DNA of 51,308 nt, filler included, from Sphacelaria rigidula (Eukaryota), in NCBI GenBank assembly GCA_964200075.2. It is 2 parts of 2 records of this genome, joined end to end, with 100 filler letters (N's around TTAATTAATTAA, not from the genome) between each part and the next. Parts side by side here need not be neighbours in the genome. Positions count along the whole stretch, not along the records: positions 1 to 25,610 come from CAXNAA020000159.1; 1 more part is not named here. One strand, written 5' to 3'. Under the pieces are notes generated by a model. That model made no database searches. It was not told where the DNA came from and worked only from the letters and a program-made list of their open reading frames with translations. Positions within the stretch are counted from its first letter, which is position 1. The number at the start of each line of letters is the position of its first letter. Position numbers and translations under genes: made by a program. Of the stretch, positions 12,930 to 23,910 are shown in pieces.

Positions 12930-13919
12930 GCAGTGGCACCTACGCGTCGCTTATAATAAAGCAAACCGTAGTTTCGCCCACAACGTCAGCGCCACGATCC
13001 TATCCTTGAGTAAGCGGGTGGCCCTTACCAAGTGGCGAGCTGCTCACGCTGGCCAATTGTCCCGCAAGGCGGCGGCAGCCACCCGACAATCTCGTCGACC
13101 CATGGCAGTATCTCGTCTATACCAAAACGGGTCTTCCTCGCGACTGATCTCAGCAGGAGTGGCGGCGAGGCGGGAGGCGGGAAGGAGGGCGGGGGCGGTC
13201 GTAGCGATTGTGGCCATCAGAACATGGCGCCGTCGTGCCGCGGGCTCGGCCATCCTGTCGAAGACGTTCGGTGCATGGGCCAACCGCGTGCAACGAAGTG
13301 CCGACGTGAACTCGCACCTCCGACATGCCTTCCTTAGAAGGGGCATCGAGCGGTGGCGAGTCGTTGCACGCGAATCAATGCGTCGGGTGAGTGGCGCGCA
13401 GAAAACTGCAGAGATTGCAGTTTCTCTTCTGCGAGGAAAGGGACGCAGGCGACTGCGAGCATGGCGCGAACGCCGACGACGACAGAGCGATGCGTACCGG
13501 ACAGCCGATGGCTTACCCCGACAACTCACGGGCTGTGGGGATGCTCAAGCAGTGGCCACAATTTTGCCGTGGATCCGGCGGCGTGTATGTAGTTCGCTCT
13601 TGCTGTGGGCGGCTGTAGCACGGGAGCGGACGGGGGCGCGCGCGGCACGCGCCCATCGGTGTAGCGCGTCGTTGGCTCTTGCCCGAAACAGCAACCGACG
13701 GCGTGGGATCAAGGTGTGGCACGAAAGCGCCGTAAAAAGCGGCCTCAGGAAGCGGCTAGTCGAGAGAGGAGAGGCATACGGTGTTCGGCGTCGGGCAATG
13801 CAGGGACTGCATGGTTTGCGTGTTGCTGCACGGAGGGGTGTGGGCGACCGAGCAGTGCTTGAAATGGCCGACATGCAGAGGAGACGGCGAGGGGCGATAT
13901 GGGTCCTGCGACGAGTGAG
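12930..13919 (+). CDS. Sfi1-like repeat protein, coding exon 4
   Basis: Acceptor ccatcgcag|G, donor GTG AG|gtaagg, 990 nt, phase 2 to 2. Contains the 305-aa ORF with repeated L/F-x2-W-R motifs (VALTKWR, TFGAWA, RGIERWR, RLRAWR). Confidence 0.82.
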
Positions 13920-14591
13920 GTAAGGGTGTGCGTGTAGCTAGAGTATCGGGGAGGAGGGTGTAGCGTGTGGTGTTGCCGTATGACCGGGCAGCTTTATTTT
14001 TCGGCGACTGGCGTCTTGAACGTTCTTTGGGAAATCGTCCCGCCACAGTTCTCGTCGACGTGTTGCGCTTAATTTATTTCAAAATGAAGGGTATATAAAG
14101 GTGTGCGTATACTTTATTTACTTCTTACCCTCATCCTCTCTTCTCAAAACACCCTTGCACGGATTTCGATGACAAACCATCCCCTTTCATACTCAAACGG
14201 TTAGTGCGTGACCCTACTGTCTCCCTGCTCGTAATTTTACGCTTGTTGTGTGTGTGTCCAGGCATAAATATACCGTTTTCGAGGCATCTGGATGTACTTC
14301 AAAAGCTCGTGCGGCATAGCACCCCAATACCCCAAACCAAATTCACAGTCTCCATTTACCCTTTCCCTTTTCGCCTATCGAACATACACCGTATTTGCTT
14401 TGCCAGTTACAAGTACCTGAAGATCGACAATCGCCGACCTCTCAGTGTACCCAGAAACCCACTTGGAATATTGTCATGCGTAGTACCGGGAGAGAGATGA
14501 CGAGTAGATTCCTTGAGGCCACGGACTCGTCCTCGTCCTGAGCAAAGGGGAAGGGTTGAAAGTGTGATGAGAGAGAGAGGGGGGAGGGGGG

Positions 14592-17500
14592 CGTGCTCGT
14601 TTGTTGCTTGCCTTAGTCGTTTGACCATTGACCACGCATCCCTTTCGAGACGGAGCACCGTTCCCGCTCCTAATAGAGACACCGCCAATATTTAGGTGCT
14701 CAGTGCGTTTTCTCTATGCGTTACACAAAAACATTTTACATATCTTATCCCCCCTTCTCTTCCGCCGTCTGTGGCCATCATCTATCTCCTAGTATAGTCA
14801 TCATTTTTTCCGTACTGCCTAATGCGATCAAACGATTTCATGCCACCTTCGTTCACGTCTCGCATTTCCCCCTCTAGCACATCCCGTTCCTCCTTGTATG
14901 GTTCACCTTCTGCCACCATATGAATTCTGCTGTCTGCTGCTTTGCCACAGGGGCAATTGTGTGCATCTATTTCCTCTTCCTTTTGACTACTAGTGTATGT
15001 CTTCCTTCTTTCTGGCAGGTCCAGCTCCCCCACCCGAAATGGAAGTTTCAGTTTCACATTTACTTCCTCCTCCTTTTGACTACTGGTGAATCGCTTTCTT
15101 CTTTCTGGCAGGTCCAAGTCCCCCGCCCTCAATGGCAGTTCCAAATTTTTCGCCGCGTCCATTGGGCCATGCCGGTATGCTTTCATCCCTATTCTCTCCT
15201 TCAACCCCTCGTATATCTTCAGGTGTTCTTCCTCGTCTACTTCGCCTCTCAGCGCTCCTTTTCCCCTCCCTTTCCATCATGTCTCTTCCTTGTGTTTTGT
15301 ACCCCGCACCCTCACCTTTGGACAGTATTTCGTCTTGGTTCCTCCCATCTCCTTCCATACTTTCTCGACTTCTCTATACCACCTTATTCCAGCCTGCCCT
15401 TTCGTTACTTTCTTCCATATAGCCCTATCAACTCTGTCTGCAATCTTGTCTGCAATCTCTTTCTCTGCATGTTCTTTGCGCTATATTGTCATCTCAATTT
15501 CCTCACGTTTGTTTCAAGTGAGTACATTCCCAACTCTGCTCTCAAAGCTGTATCAGTCGCCGTTTTCGAGTATCCAAGTATTTTCTTAGCTGCTGCCATC
15601 TGTACTGTTTTCAACTTCTCCACCAACTTCACGTTCCTCTCCCATGCTACTCCCGCATATTTCAGCTTTGGTACGATCACGTTCATTAGGATACATATCT
15701 TAGTCCTAGTGTCCAGGTGCGGGTCTCTGAGGATCACGTCGATTTCGCTCATCTGTGCCTTACCCTTTTATTTTACTCTGTTTATGTGTGCATCCCAAGA
15801 ACAGTTTTCTTATATCTCTATGCCAAGGTATGTATACTGGTCTACGATCGGTAGTTCCTCTTCTCGCAACTTCGATTTGAACTCTACCGGATTTTTCCTT
15901 ATCTTCGTTACAGACGAGTACCGCGTATTTGTTCACGTTCGCTGTCACTGTCCATTTCCTAGGGTATTCTAGCGCCTTGTCTATTTGTTTCTGTAATTCT
16001 TCTGGTGTTTCTGAAATCCCCACGAAATCATCCGCATCAATCGTGATACCATATTTTCCCGCAACTTGACTCGTTGTTTTGCTGCTTCTACTGCTATTAT
16101 CAGGCCATTCATGAATACTTGGAATGAAGTGGGTGATAACGTACATCCTTGTGCAACCCCTTGTAAAACATCAGAATATTTCGATATTTCCCCGCCCAGC
16201 ATCATGGCACTTTTGGCACATTCTGTCATCTTCTTTACCATTCTCACATCTTTCCTCTGATCCCAGCTTCCCACAACTTTTTCCACATCAAACTTCTCCA
16301 CGTTGTCATAGGTCTTTTGCACGTCCAGAAAGAAATAGTACATTGTCAGCCCGGTGTCTTTCCTACCTTGAATAATCTTACCTTGTGCGTACACATGGTC
16401 CATGCAAATACGGTTTGGTCTTAATCCTGCTTGTGCCTCGCTGATTTCGTGCTTCCTTTTCTAGCATCGTTCCTACTTTGTCGTTCAGAATTTTACAGAA
16501 TGTTTTCCCTACCGTGCTCAGTAGTGTTATCCCTCTATAATTCCCTGGGTCAGCCTTGTCTCCTTTCTTGCAAAGGTTGACTACTACTCCATCTCTCCAC
16601 CTCTTGGGTGCGCACTCGTTTCCCCCCCATATCCAGTTGTACAGCATAATCATCATGGTAGTCCTTCCCTTTCCCCCGTACTTTAGAATTTCGTTCACTA
16701 TTCCGTCTGCCCCTGCTGCCTTTCTGTTCTTGAATATAGCTATTCACTCACTTCACCTCTAGTAAACTCTCTCTTCAGTTCTTTGGAGCCACTATCCTCC
16801 CGTTTTGACGTCTCCACATTTGCCCCTGCCCACGTGTTGATTTCTTCTCAGGATTCCATGTCAAACTCCGTGGTTGTTCTTGGTGTTCCTAGGTTACGGT
16901 AGTGCTCGACCAGCACCTCTCTCTTCCCCTTCGATCAGTTTACCGCTCTGTGCCCATAGTGTGACTATCCCCTTGTCTATATTTCCGGCCTGGTCTGCTT
17001 TTATCCCATTTATCCCTCCCCACATTTGTTTCATTCCGCCATCGAAGTATTAATTTGTTCACTACATCTTCCCATACTTCTTTTTTTTTCGTCTCCATCA
17101 TTTTTTTACTCTCTTTCGAGCTTTAGTGTATTCCTCCCATCCTACCGTAGTTTTACTCGATATCCATCTTGCGTGGGCCTTTCTCCTTACTCTTATGGCC
17201 TCTTTTACTCCCTCATCCCACCATTTCACTGCTCTGTTGCATACGATCAGTTTCTTCTTTCTTCTCGCTGTGTTCTTGACCAACTGCTCCCATCCTTCTA
17301 TAATCTTCGCTCCTGCCCAATCCATTTCCATTTCGCTATCGACTGCACCTACGCTTTCCAACAGCTCGGGAAAATTCACTGTATTTTTGGCCATCTCTTC
17401 TTGGAACTCTTGCAATTTTTCTTCAATCTCTAGTGCATATATTCTCTATTTGTACAACTTCCTACCCCGCCCATTCCTTTAAGCCCTCGTCTGCTGGCTT

Positions 17501-17681
17501 TCTGTCCATATTAGGCAACGATCTGTAGTTCCGACATCCTCTGCACATACAGGTACGTCTATGTCCTCACTATTTCCGTGCTCTACCACTCTTTAGTCAA
17601 AAACTGAGCGTTCTCTCTCGCCTTTGCATTTTCTAGTCCATGTCCATTGCGCCTCTGGCTCTTGTGCTCTATCGTTCAGCG
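14592..17681 (-). mobile_element. Decayed non-LTR retrotransposon (APE endonuclease + RT LINE), intronic, 5'-truncated
   Basis: Frameshifted fragments on minus: WRDGVVVNLCKKGDKADPGNYRGITLLSTVGKTFCKIL (RT domains 0-1), YFFLDVQKTYD, GVAQGCTLSP, ADDFVG, and C-terminal CPCG...H followed by GCVVNGQTTKASNK. Many stops and frameshifts. Confidence 0.92.
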
Positions 17682-18018
17682 TGATGTCATCCCATCTATT
17701 CTGGATGCCAGTCTACACCTTTCGGTGTACGTGGGCGCATCAGCCGGGGTCACACACAAGGAAGGTCAACACAGGACTTCTATCTTGTTTTAGTACCCCA
17801 CCTTTCTTTTGCGGTGGCTGGCTTATCTTTTAGCGCGAGACGGGTTCAGCGGTCGTCGACCGCGAAGTCGAACTTTGTGTACCCACGACGCAATGCTCTC
17901 CACCGTTGGGCATAGGGTGAGAAAAAATCCAGGTCGCGTGACTTCACCGAGATTCGAACCCACGACCCAACCGTCAGAAGTTTTCGAGGATTTCAACTGA
18001 GCCACCGGAGCAACCGGC
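17681..18018 (-). mobile_element. tRNA-derived SINE
   Basis: Minus-strand 5' end has A-box TGGCTCAGTTGA (18004-17993) and B-box GGTTCGAATCT (17960-17950), then a ~260-bp non-tRNA body. The 3' ~70 nt recur at 31050-31125 and 32945-33015. Confidence 0.8.
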
Positions 18019-18039
18019 ATTTTAAAGTTCAAACTATTC

Positions 18040-18348
18040 CGACCGGCTATGAGTACTCGAATATTTTCCCGCTCTCACAAAACAAATCTTTGCTCAAATT
18101 AAAACGTTCCACTTTTCTTCTCGTTCTCTTTTTTTTTCAAGTTATTCCTCTTCTTTTAACTTCTACCCTTTTGTTTTTTTTCATTTTTTTTGTTTGTTTG
18201 CTTCCTTTTCTCGTTTTTATATTTCCACCTTTCCTTGAGATTACGTCATGTAGTCATTCTGTCAATTTACCTCGGATATGCCGTATCTAATGACCATGGC
18301 TGGGCTCGGGGCATATCGGTTCATGTTAATGTTAGACAATCAATCGTT
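18040..18348 (+). mobile_element. 3' end of a retroposon with a (CAAT)n tail
   Basis: T-rich body, then GACCATGGCTGG...GACAATCAATC. The same terminal motif appears inverted at about 21462 and 42026 and direct at about 50270. Confidence 0.5.
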
Positions 18349-18680
18349 CAATGGATCAAATGAAACAACATAAACTAAAAATCAACGAAACATATCGAAA
18401 CTGTACGTGCTTGATCTGATTTTTGGATGTACTTACTCCCTGTGCAGGTGCCTTCCTACGATCATTCTCAGGGCGTACATTGCCTGAGGTCTGCATACTC
18501 CTGGTTCCCCAACCCTTCCTTTTCGATGTTGGTATTGTCAGCACGATCCACAAGGGAAATTTACTCCGCCCCCCCGCCTTCCCAACCCTTCCCGCCGGCC
18601 CCGCCCTGCCGGCCCGCGCTGCGCCATTTTTTCGTTCTTCGCGGCATCGCTCCACCAACCAACGCGGCCGCTAAAAAAAG

Positions 18681-18905
18681 GCAAATGCTTGCGTCAAGGA
18701 GGAGGATTCTTCGGCGAGCTTGCGCCTTAAGGCTTCGCGTAACGGCTCGGGCAGGCCTGCGCCGATGGCGAAGCCTTGCGCTTGAAGCGGGGAGAAGAAT
18801 CGGACGCGCGCATGGCATCGCGGAGGGTTGGCTCCGGGAGCGTGCCCTCTTGGCCGGTTTTGCGGCGATGACCGCGGAGGCCGCTGGGCGGTTCATACTC
18901 AAGAG
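18681..18905 (+). CDS. Sfi1-like repeat protein, coding exon 5
   Basis: Acceptor ...aaaag|G CAA ATG, donor AAG AG|gtttga, 225 nt, phase 2 to 2. Encodes QMLASRRRILRRACALRLRVTARAGLRRWR...AEGWLRERALLAGFAAM. Confidence 0.72.
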
Positions 18906-18922
18906 GTTTGAATTGGAAGGAG

Positions 18923-19031
18923 TTCGTTGTTGTTGTTGTTGTTGTTGTCGTTGTCGTTGTTATTGTTGTTGCTCTTGTCTTATGTTGTTGTCGTTGTTGA
19001 CGTTGACGTTGTCATCGTTGTCGTTGTCGTT
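18923..19031. repeat. Intronic (GTT/GTC)n microsatellite
   Basis: Direct reading. Confidence 0.9.
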
Positions 19032-19105
19032 CGTGTTGTATACAAGTGTAATAAGACTTGAAGAGAGCGCGGGCCGTACTTTATCTCGTCGCTACGTGCA
19101 CTCAG

Positions 19106-19282
19106 GTCGATGCGAGCGGCGCAAGGACACCTCTCACACCGCGGTCTATCGCGTGCCCTAGCCTCGTGGCGTGCTTGGAGCCTCGGTCGAAGTGCGTCGG
19201 CAGACGTTTCAGCCGCGGCTGGGGATTTATACGCCACCCGGTTGTTGGCAGCGGGGTTGCGGGGTCTGGCTCGCGTGGCCAG
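19106..19282 (+). CDS. Sfi1-like repeat protein, coding exon 6 (missed by the ORF track)
   Basis: Acceptor gcactcag|G, donor GCC AG|gtgagc, 177 nt, phase 2 to 2. Encodes SMRAAQGHLSHRGLSRALASWRAW...AGDLYATRLLAAGLRGLAR. Confidence 0.82.
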
Positions 19283-20385
19283 GTGAGCAGAGATCCAAAA
19301 ATGCAGCTTCGACCGGGCGATGCTGATTGTATCACACATCAATTCGACGAATTGTGTTTCATCTTTCTCGGGGCAAGGCAGCTGATTAATCAATCGATAA
19401 TCGATCCTGCAAGTACCCATTCATCTGGTTCTAGAAGGTGAACGACTCTCGTGACTGATGGCGTTGGATGGACTGCCCCTACTTGTATGTGTAGAGGAAG
19501 TGGGGGCTCGGGGAATTTTGTTCGTCGTTGCTCATGGGGGGCTCATTTCGGCGTGTATACTGCACAGCGCATTGCTTTTTCGGTGGTTTGTGGCGACTAT
19601 GGATAACTCTTCCGTCCTTGTCAGCAACTTAAGAATACTATGCTTCCGCGGAAGACCGGCTACTGCGAGGGCAATGGTCATGCTCCAGTTGCAGAATCTG
19701 GGTTCGTGGATGTGGTGTGGAGCACAAGCAGGTTGATAGTCCCAGAGAGGGAGTCGGGACCAGATAGCCAGCACGATATTGAGTGTGGGCGATGACCTCT
19801 CGTGGATGTTATCTAGGGAACCCGAACAACGGATATCCAGAAACGCGAAGAACGTGCTCTCTACACTTTATGATCACGGCTGTATCCCTGGGGGTCGGTT
19901 CGAGTGCGACAATCAATCCCAAAAAGCAAAACACAAGGAGTACTAAAGATAGCATTAGAAGACGCAGGAACACGGTTCGGTCAACGCCTCTTGTTACGTC
20001 AGGATCGTCAGTCTAACCGTCGAGTATTTTTCATGTTGCTCATTACGCTCGTGCAGGGTTTTTGACTCGTTGTCGGTGGTCCACGTCTTCTTCTCCCTTT
20101 TCCAAGTTTCATCCGCTTGTGTTTTGTACCAAGGCGAGGCGATACTACTTCGAACGGTGATCGAATGCATGCCTTGTATGTAGGAGGTCAAGCATGCGAC
20201 CATCAGTTGGCGACGCATGTTTTCTACACGATTAAGAAGGATGCTTACCGTACACTTTTCACACCCTGGATGATGACAATAGATTCCATCGTCAAAAAGT
20301 GTTCTGGGTACAGCATCGACTATTGAGTCTATTGCAATAGACAATAGATTTCACACTGTGCACAGTATATATTTTTACAACGGGA

Positions 20386-20634
20386 GACACTTTCTACGAT
20401 AGCCCCCCCCAAAAAAGTGCGTGGTTTTGGGAGGCAAAATCTTGGCGTTATTCGAAACGGGAAAAGGTGAGCACAATGAGCAGCTGGGAATTCCCACGTT
20501 TGGGTTCGTTCTAGCCAATGTCGCCACTATGAGGCGCTTCATGCAGCCTGAACCCAAGCATTAGGCGCTGTATGGCCATTTTTTTCGTGACACTTTTGGG
20601 CCGCTTTTGGGGGAGGACTATCGTAGACAGTGTC
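20386..20634. mobile_element. Complete 249-bp MITE (GACAC-TIR family), intronic
   Basis: TIRs GACACTTTCTACGATAGCCCCCCCCAAAA and TTTTGGGGGAGGACTATCGTAGACAGTGTC. Flanks GGGA/GGAA (3-bp GGA, or 4-bp TSD with one mismatch). Relatives at 1782-2002 and 25711-25728. Confidence 0.85.
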
Positions 20635-20802
20635 GGAACCTATTGTCCAGGGTGTGACATTTTCAGTAAGGAACAGCCGCAGATTGTAACCGCCAATCTT
20701 CGACAAGGGAGAAAGCAGATACTTAGGCTGGTACACAAATGGCAGAAACAAAAACAATAGAGATATTTCCGCAAGTCCGCTGTTTGTTCACAATGAAAGC
20801 AG

Positions 20803-20962
20803 GGAGAGGCCAGCCCGGCGGCGAGACATGCACAGGGCGAAATTGCACCTGCTCCGTAGCGCCGGATTGGAACGATGGCTCGTTGCCGTGGCCGCTGCTC
20901 GACATAACAGGGCAATGAACTCGGCCGCGACGGTGCACTGGGCTAGGAGTCTTATGGCAAAA
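20803..20962 (+). CDS. Sfi1-like repeat protein, coding exon 7 (missed by the ORF track)
   Basis: Acceptor aagcag|G, donor GCA AAA|gtgagt, 160 nt, phase 2 to 0. Encodes ERPARRRDMHRAKLHLLRSAGLERWLVAVAAARHNRAMNSAATVHWARSLMAK. Confidence 0.8.
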
Positions 20963-23745
20963 GTGAGTCCGTCAGTACGACGGTGATAAGACAGCAGTGT
21001 AATGGCGTGGTCCTTCCTCAAAAATGCGGCACGGTGGGTACAGGCTGGTTCCAGCGAAGGATCTAAAAATGTGTCCCCGGTGATCTGTCGCTCGAGGTTT
21101 GAGAATCATCGCCGGAAACTGTAAAGAGAGGAGCGCATCGATCATTGGAAAGCATCCCATCCATTGGTGGTATTTCTTTTTCCTTTTCTTTTCTTTTTTC
21201 TCTCATCATTTCTTTTATTTTATTTTCGTTGTGAGTCAGGTCCACCGAGCAATTCTCTGAAGCAAGTCTTCAGTTTTATCTCCAGAATGAATTAGAGGAC
21301 TCTTTTGTGAATAAAAATCCCCAAGGAGGACCTTCGATCGAATGGTCGGTGCTCCCTTATCCTCAAAGCTTAGGACCCATCCCCTAAACCCCGAGAAAAA
21401 GTTTGAAGGTACTCCATGTACATTCCCAAGGGCCTCGAAGTCCCATGCGGCTTTTGTTCAATTGATTGATTGTCGCACATGAACTAACCACTGAGGAATA
21501 CAGTCGTGGTTATCATCCACAAAATGGATGTACCCGAGGTAAACAAAACGGAAACACCTGCTATTGTCTGTATTTTTCGAAGTATTTGTTTTGCCCTTAA
21601 ATTTTGAATTGCAACGACTCAGGAGCCAACATAGGTATCGTTGTGTCTGGCCTTGGTGTCAGCTATGCTTCCACCAACTCTCAGCGTAGTAGACGCAGAA
21701 TAAGGGTGCAATATCTTGAATTTTGCTCCAAACTGTCACCAACGGACACCGTCATCACGTCTTCACGTCGTATTTGGTTTCCCAGGATAGTCTGACACGG
21801 TGGCAATGCCCGGACGACCGATCAAGGCGCGCGGCTACGGGGAACCCTAACTGACGTATTGTGTTTCTCTATGCCGTCATTCGCCCTACTCGCGCCAGGG
21901 AGATTGTGATTAAGTAGTGGAATCGGCGTGTAATGATGGGTGGTGATGGTAGGTCATTTCGCAATAGTTTCAACGTAGGGTCATACTAGTTTTCCACGAA
22001 ATTTAAGCTGACGAGTGACGAGAGTAACCGAGCAGAAGACAAGGGCGTCGGAAGGCGATGGGTGTGGACATACTCTGGCTCGTGGCCCACCATTCCACGG
22101 GCAGCAGTACAATAGTACAGTACAGAAGTGAGCGATTGATACTTGTAGGTTAGCTGTTCAGAGGCCCGGATGTTTCTCACAAGAAATAGCTGTGGTCGAA
22201 GGTAATCCAGTCGCTGCCGTTCTCTGGCAGTTATAACGAGAAGTATGGAGGAAGACGAAATTTCGAGGACAGGAGCGTATCCGCAAGAGGACCTCGGCCA
22301 CTCAAATCCGGCCAAGTGCGGTGTATGTAGAGGGTTGGTTTGGAAGACTCCAAGACCCTGGTCGTTCGCGTTCCTTCGTCAACTGTTTTTCTGTCAGTGT
22401 GCTGGTGACTTATGGTTGACCCGGCTGAACATACGGTCCAGTGGGCATCGGTTCCTAAATAGGGAGGGGGGACTAGCAATTTGGTCGAGGGGTTCGGTCG
22501 CCCACGGCACTCACTGAGTTTTCGTCTATCGTTAGGTGTGGCTTGGTTTGAACACTGGTAAGAGGAGATGCGAGCTGGGGCGGTTGATGAATGTTGGTGT
22601 GTAAGTTTTTCATGATGCTTTTTAGACGTGTCCACAGGGGAAAGGCGGGGACGAAACTCCGCTCCCCCGCTAGTTTCATGCCACAAGCCTTTAGGCAACT
22701 TGCTGCATTTTTTAGAGCGCTATTTCCGTTTATGTGTCATTACAGCATCCAAAGCCCTCAATATCCGTCGTGAGCACCCTCAGGGACAGCGAGCTCACGC
22801 ATTTATGCACAGGGCTTTTAGGTGTGGCGCAGTATCAGGTTGGGCTGTGCGTTTAGAGCGCTGGTAACCGGCAGCTGCACTGAATTTCGGGTCGAGCATA
22901 TGTTCGACCATGAAGATGAATATCGTGAAAGTTCCAAGTCGAACACAAAACACGAAGCGTAACGCTTGTAACGACCACACATGTAATTGATATGAAAACT
23001 GTCGGAAGGCGCACGTTTCCACGGGCAACAAAAAACAGTTTTGAGGGTGAAAGGGTGCAAGAATGTATGGAAAAGCTGCAAACATGCAAAAATGTGCAGC
23101 AACGAAATTGCAACGCTGCCCTGAAATGAATGCCGACTCACCTTCGAGTTAACACTCGAGGGACCAATAATGCCTCCTAGATTAGTTAGGAATAATTGCG
23201 GAAATAGTAATAAGAGTGATATCCTCTTCACTAGCCTTGTGTGTACCATGCTGCTGAGCAGTGGCATCAGCCCACCAAGGAGCGGGTGATTTGCCCACGA
23301 GTTGTCAACAACCAGGTACATTGAAGGTCTCGGGAATAAACTAATTATACGTACGCACATTTGTGCGGACATATGAGTGACCCGTGTTCCCGTGAAGGTC
23401 ACGCATGAAGTCGCGGTATTTATTTTCTGTTTGTTTTTCAGATTCTTTTCTTTCACGATGGACTCGCCGCGGGAAAATGAGGTCAACTGGCCAGACTTGA
23501 AAAAAACACGCTTCATTTCATTTTCGCCGTAAGGGAAGAGAGGGAAGAAAAAAACGGCTTCTCTACATGAGAGAAAGGCTAGGATGGCGTGTTGGACCCT
23601 TTGGTCGCAATTTTTCGGGGATCTGTCTTACAATAATACTTTAGTAGGAGGATTAGCAGCACCGGCACTTCTTGTAGTCATAAAATGCTCCCTATATATT
23701 TATAGTGCGCTTGTTTATCGCTGTTCCATGTGCTGTTGTGTACAG

Positions 23746-23910
23746 ATGCTGCTGTCATGGGAGGCCGCAACCGTGCAGCGCTGGGCACGCTCGAGACAGG
23801 AGGATATTGCTGCGGACCACGACCGCCGGACGTGTCAGAAACGAGGGCTCAAAGTCTGGACTGCGGCGGCGGCTCGGGGCGGGATGGGGGGGGGGGGGGG
23901 ACCGTGCTGA
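23746..23910 (+). CDS. Sfi1-like repeat protein, probable last coding exon
   Basis: Acceptor tgtgtacag|ATG (phase 0). Encodes MLLSWEAATVQRWARSRQEDIAADHDRRTCQKRGLKVW, completing 33-aa spaced repeats. The stop follows a poly-G run, so the exact end is uncertain. Confidence 0.72.
   Translation: MLLSWEAATVQRWARSRQEDIAADHDRRTCQKRGLKVWTAAAARGGMGGGGGPC

Noticed and set aside
14920-15972. 350-aa plus-strand ORF rich in F, L and S that looks like a membrane protein
   Set aside because: It is the antisense reading of the purine-rich LINE ORF; the recognisable RT motifs are on minus.
17940-18018. tRNA gene
   Set aside because: It has A and B boxes but no convincing acceptor stem, and it continues into a repeat body. 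It is better explained as a SINE head.
22818-23516. 232-aa minus-strand ORF in intron 7
   Set aside because: No motif or codon bias that I can recognise; probably a chance ORF or decayed repeat.
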